From: Scyliorhinus canicula
Lineage: Eukaryota
Reading direction: 5' to 3'
DNA: 64,000 nucleotides
NCBI RefSeq assembly: GCF_902713615.1
Contig: NC_052158.1
Span: 42,619,159 to 42,683,158, forward strand
Under the pieces are notes generated by a model, which was not told the origin of the DNA, ran no database searches, and was given only the letters and a program-made list of their open reading frames with translations. The translations under genes were made by a program, and so were the position numbers. Shown here piece after piece: positions 61,825-64,000 of the stretch (the first letter of the stretch is position 1; each line of letters opens with the position of its first letter).

Positions 61825-62339
61825 TTAACCTAGACTAAGATGATGGGAGAAACATCAACTCTTCTTTCAGTAGCACCATGGACCACCTTTGAAGACAGAA
61901 GCAACCACAATTTAACAAAGATGGCACCTCATTATTTGCCCAGCTGATGTTCGTTGTTATCATGACACTCAGTCATAGTGTCACATTTACTGTTCACCCT
62001 TCATTACCAAGATAGAAAGGATAGCAAGGGGATGGGGATGCAGAGGTTTTCTGCAATGCTTGTGGGCAGGGCTGGGTATTAAATATGCCTGGATACAAAT
62101 TGTTCAGGAAAAATAGGAAAGGAAGGAAAGGGGGCTGTTGGATCTTGACAGAGCGACCATAGGAAGCGATGGCAAAAGTAAACAAGTTTTAATCTCACAC
62201 AAACACTCCGCCCCAACCTACATCTGGGTCAGGGTTTTTATGTCTGGTCAGGCTTCCCCAGTCAGCCCCTTAACAGGCTGGTGGACAGTATTTCATTACA
62301 CCTCTGACTTGTGCCTTGTAGATGGTGGACAGGCTCTGG

Positions 62340-62625
62340 GGGTCAGTCGGCGAGTTACCATCTGCAGAATTCCCAAGTTCTGACCTGCTCTTGTAACCAC
62401 AGTATTTATATGGCTAGTCCAATCAGTTTCTGATCAGTTTAACCCCCAGGATGTTGATAGTGGGGAAATTAAGCAATGATAATGCTATTGAATGTCAAAA
62501 GGTAGCATTCTCTGTTGTTGGAGATGGTCATTGCCTGGCAATTGTGTGGCATGAATGTTGCTTGCCACTTATTACCCCAGTCTGGAATGCTGTCCAGGTC
62601 TTGCTGCACATCAACATGGACTGCT
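62340..62625 (-). mobile_element. CR1-group LINE RT fragment
   Basis: Minus strand resembles QQDLDSIPDWGNKWQ..CQAMTI..INILG..TRAGQNLGILQ. Decayed. Confidence 0.6.
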
Positions 62626-62954
62626 CCTACGCAATTATTTTTCTGAAATAAGCCTCGACTAAGTCATGAGAAGAAAAAAAGGAAATGCCATCAAGGAAAA
62701 CAATAGAGATTACAGGTCAGTCAGAGACACTAGTGTTTTAGTTGTGAAACTTTTGAATTGAGATAAAGTGTCCCAGCAAAATTTTAACAGCTTTCCCTGG
62801 ATAATTGATTCTAAGGGATTCCTCCATCATGGAAAGTGCCTGGAGAAAGCAAAAGGAAATGGACAATTTTCTGCATTAAACAAAGGCTGCAGAATATAAT
62901 TGAGTATTGTGCTTTAAAAAATAACTTCAGAGGACAGTTTCTTGTCAATATAGT

Positions 62955-64000
62955 TGTGGTGAATTATAAACAGAGTAATTCACACTGTGTTCCATTATAT
63001 GTATTGTGTCCTTGTGGGCTCTGTATACGAGCCGTTGCTCGTATTGGGTTTGTACTGGGCTCCATCCTTGGCTCTGCCCATGGCTCCTCCCACTAACCGG
63101 AAGTATAAAGCTCTGCAGACGTGAGCCTGCTGCCAGTTCATCTAGTCGCAGGCAGGTTCTGTTGTAAGATTATTAAAACCACTGTTCACTTCCAATCACG
63201 TGTCTTGTGAATTGATGGTCACATCAATTTAATAATCTTAGGAAACTTGAAGAAAACTACTATGGAATCAGCCCTCAAACCTTACCGATTAGAACTCGAC
63301 CCGCAGGCTGCAGAGGCAAGAGAAATCTTTCTACACTGGCTCAGATGTTTCAAGGACTACCTGGCTGAATCAAGCACTTCAGAAACTACGGAGGAGCAGA
63401 AACTCAGCCTACTGCATGCAAGAGTGAGCCACCGTATCTCTACTCAACTAAACAGTACTTCCTCGTATACGGAGGCCCTGGCCATGCTCAATCAAATGTA
63501 CGTGAGACCCATCAATGAGGTCTACGCGTGCCACATTTTTATGACCCGCCGCCAGATCCCCGCGGAGTCGCTGGATGAATTCCTGAGCGATTTAAAAGCC
63601 TTAGCTCGGGACTGTAATTATCAAGCTGTATCAGCCGAACAGCATATGGAGCTCGCTGTCCGGGATGTGTACGTGGCAGGTCAAACTAAGTGCGCCAGCG
63701 GTTGCTTGAAAAAAGGGGCCCAGAACTTGGAGGACACTATAGAGTTAGCTACAACCATGGAGGTCTCATTCCGCAGCCTCACCTTGTTCTCCGCGGACCA
63801 AACAACCCCATCCTGGGCCTCCGACCAGCGACTGCCCCAGGCCTGCGCTGCGCGGCCACTGAGCCACTATGCAGCCCCAGTGTGCCATTTTTGTGGGCAG
63901 CCCCAACACCCACGGCAGCACTGCCCATCCTGCAACGCAACCTGCAGCAGCTGTGGTCGCAAAGGACACTATACCCGGGTCTGCCTGGCGAAGAAATCCC
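62955..64000 (+). mobile_element. Gypsy LTR retrotransposon C (5' LTR 62955-63226 plus gag), same lineage as B, runs off the window
   Basis: LTR tgtggtgaa..gatggtcacatca, TATAAA 63104, ATTAAA 63172-63177. U3 and U5 segments resemble LTR B. Confidence 0.9.
63262..64000 (+). CDS. Gypsy C gag, open to the window edge, two CCHC zinc knuckles
   Basis: MESALKPYRLELDPQAAEAREIFLHWLRCFKDYL..CHFCGQPQHPRQHC..CSSCGRKGHYTRVC. No stop by manual translation. Apparent compensating frameshifts near 63680-63715. Confidence 0.85.
   Translation, partial: MESALKPYRLELDPQAAEAREIFLHWLRCFKDYLAESSTSETTEEQKLSLLHARVSHRISTQLNSTSSYTEALAMLNQMYVRPINEVYACHIFMTRRQIPAESLDEFLSDLKALARDCNYQAVSAEQHMELAVRDVYVAGQTKCASGCLKKGAQNLEDTIELATTMEVSFRSLTLFSADQTTPSWASDQRLPQACAARPLSHYAAPVCHFCGQPQHPRQHCPSCNATCSSCGRKGHYTRVCLAKKS

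Noticed and set aside
62072-62135. WVLNMPGYKLFRKNRKGRKGG, CR1 endonuclease-like peptide
   Set aside because: It is probably a real LINE relic but only about 60 bp, too short to delimit as a feature.
62128-62285. Possible partial solo LTR on the minus strand (CATAAAAA, ATTAAA, ends in ACA)
   Set aside because: No 5' TG boundary or TSD could be identified.

Overview
Eukaryotic DNA, almost certainly from a cartilaginous fish (inferred from HE1/V-SINE-type SINEs, CR1 LINEs and a shark-type MHC class II alpha gene). It has three N gaps (719-1218, 27279-27417, 47800-48299). The left three quarters (1219-47799) is one 44-bp satellite family in layers. There are two homogenised arrays of variant A (about 16.7 kb and 6 kb) and one of variant B (about 7.5 kb). 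They are separated by old degenerate monomers carrying three CR1 copies, three GC-rich MITEs and a TIR/TSD-bounded PIF/Harbinger transposon. The right quarter holds exons 3 and 4 of an MHC class II alpha gene on the minus strand, with intact frames and canonical splice sites. Its introns are filled with three Gypsy elements, SINEs, LINE fragments, a probable solo LTR and a Tc1/mariner-type MITE. The giant ORFs at 40-48 kb are satellite artefacts. The most interesting signal is in two related Gypsy elements. Neither has a tRNA primer-binding site; each instead has a sequence right after the LTR that base-pairs with its own LTR poly(A) signal, with covarying sequence and conserved spacing. Other leads are identifiable seed monomers for the satellite arrays, an S-X-Y-like module downstream of the MHC gene, and a 64-bp inverted templated insertion.
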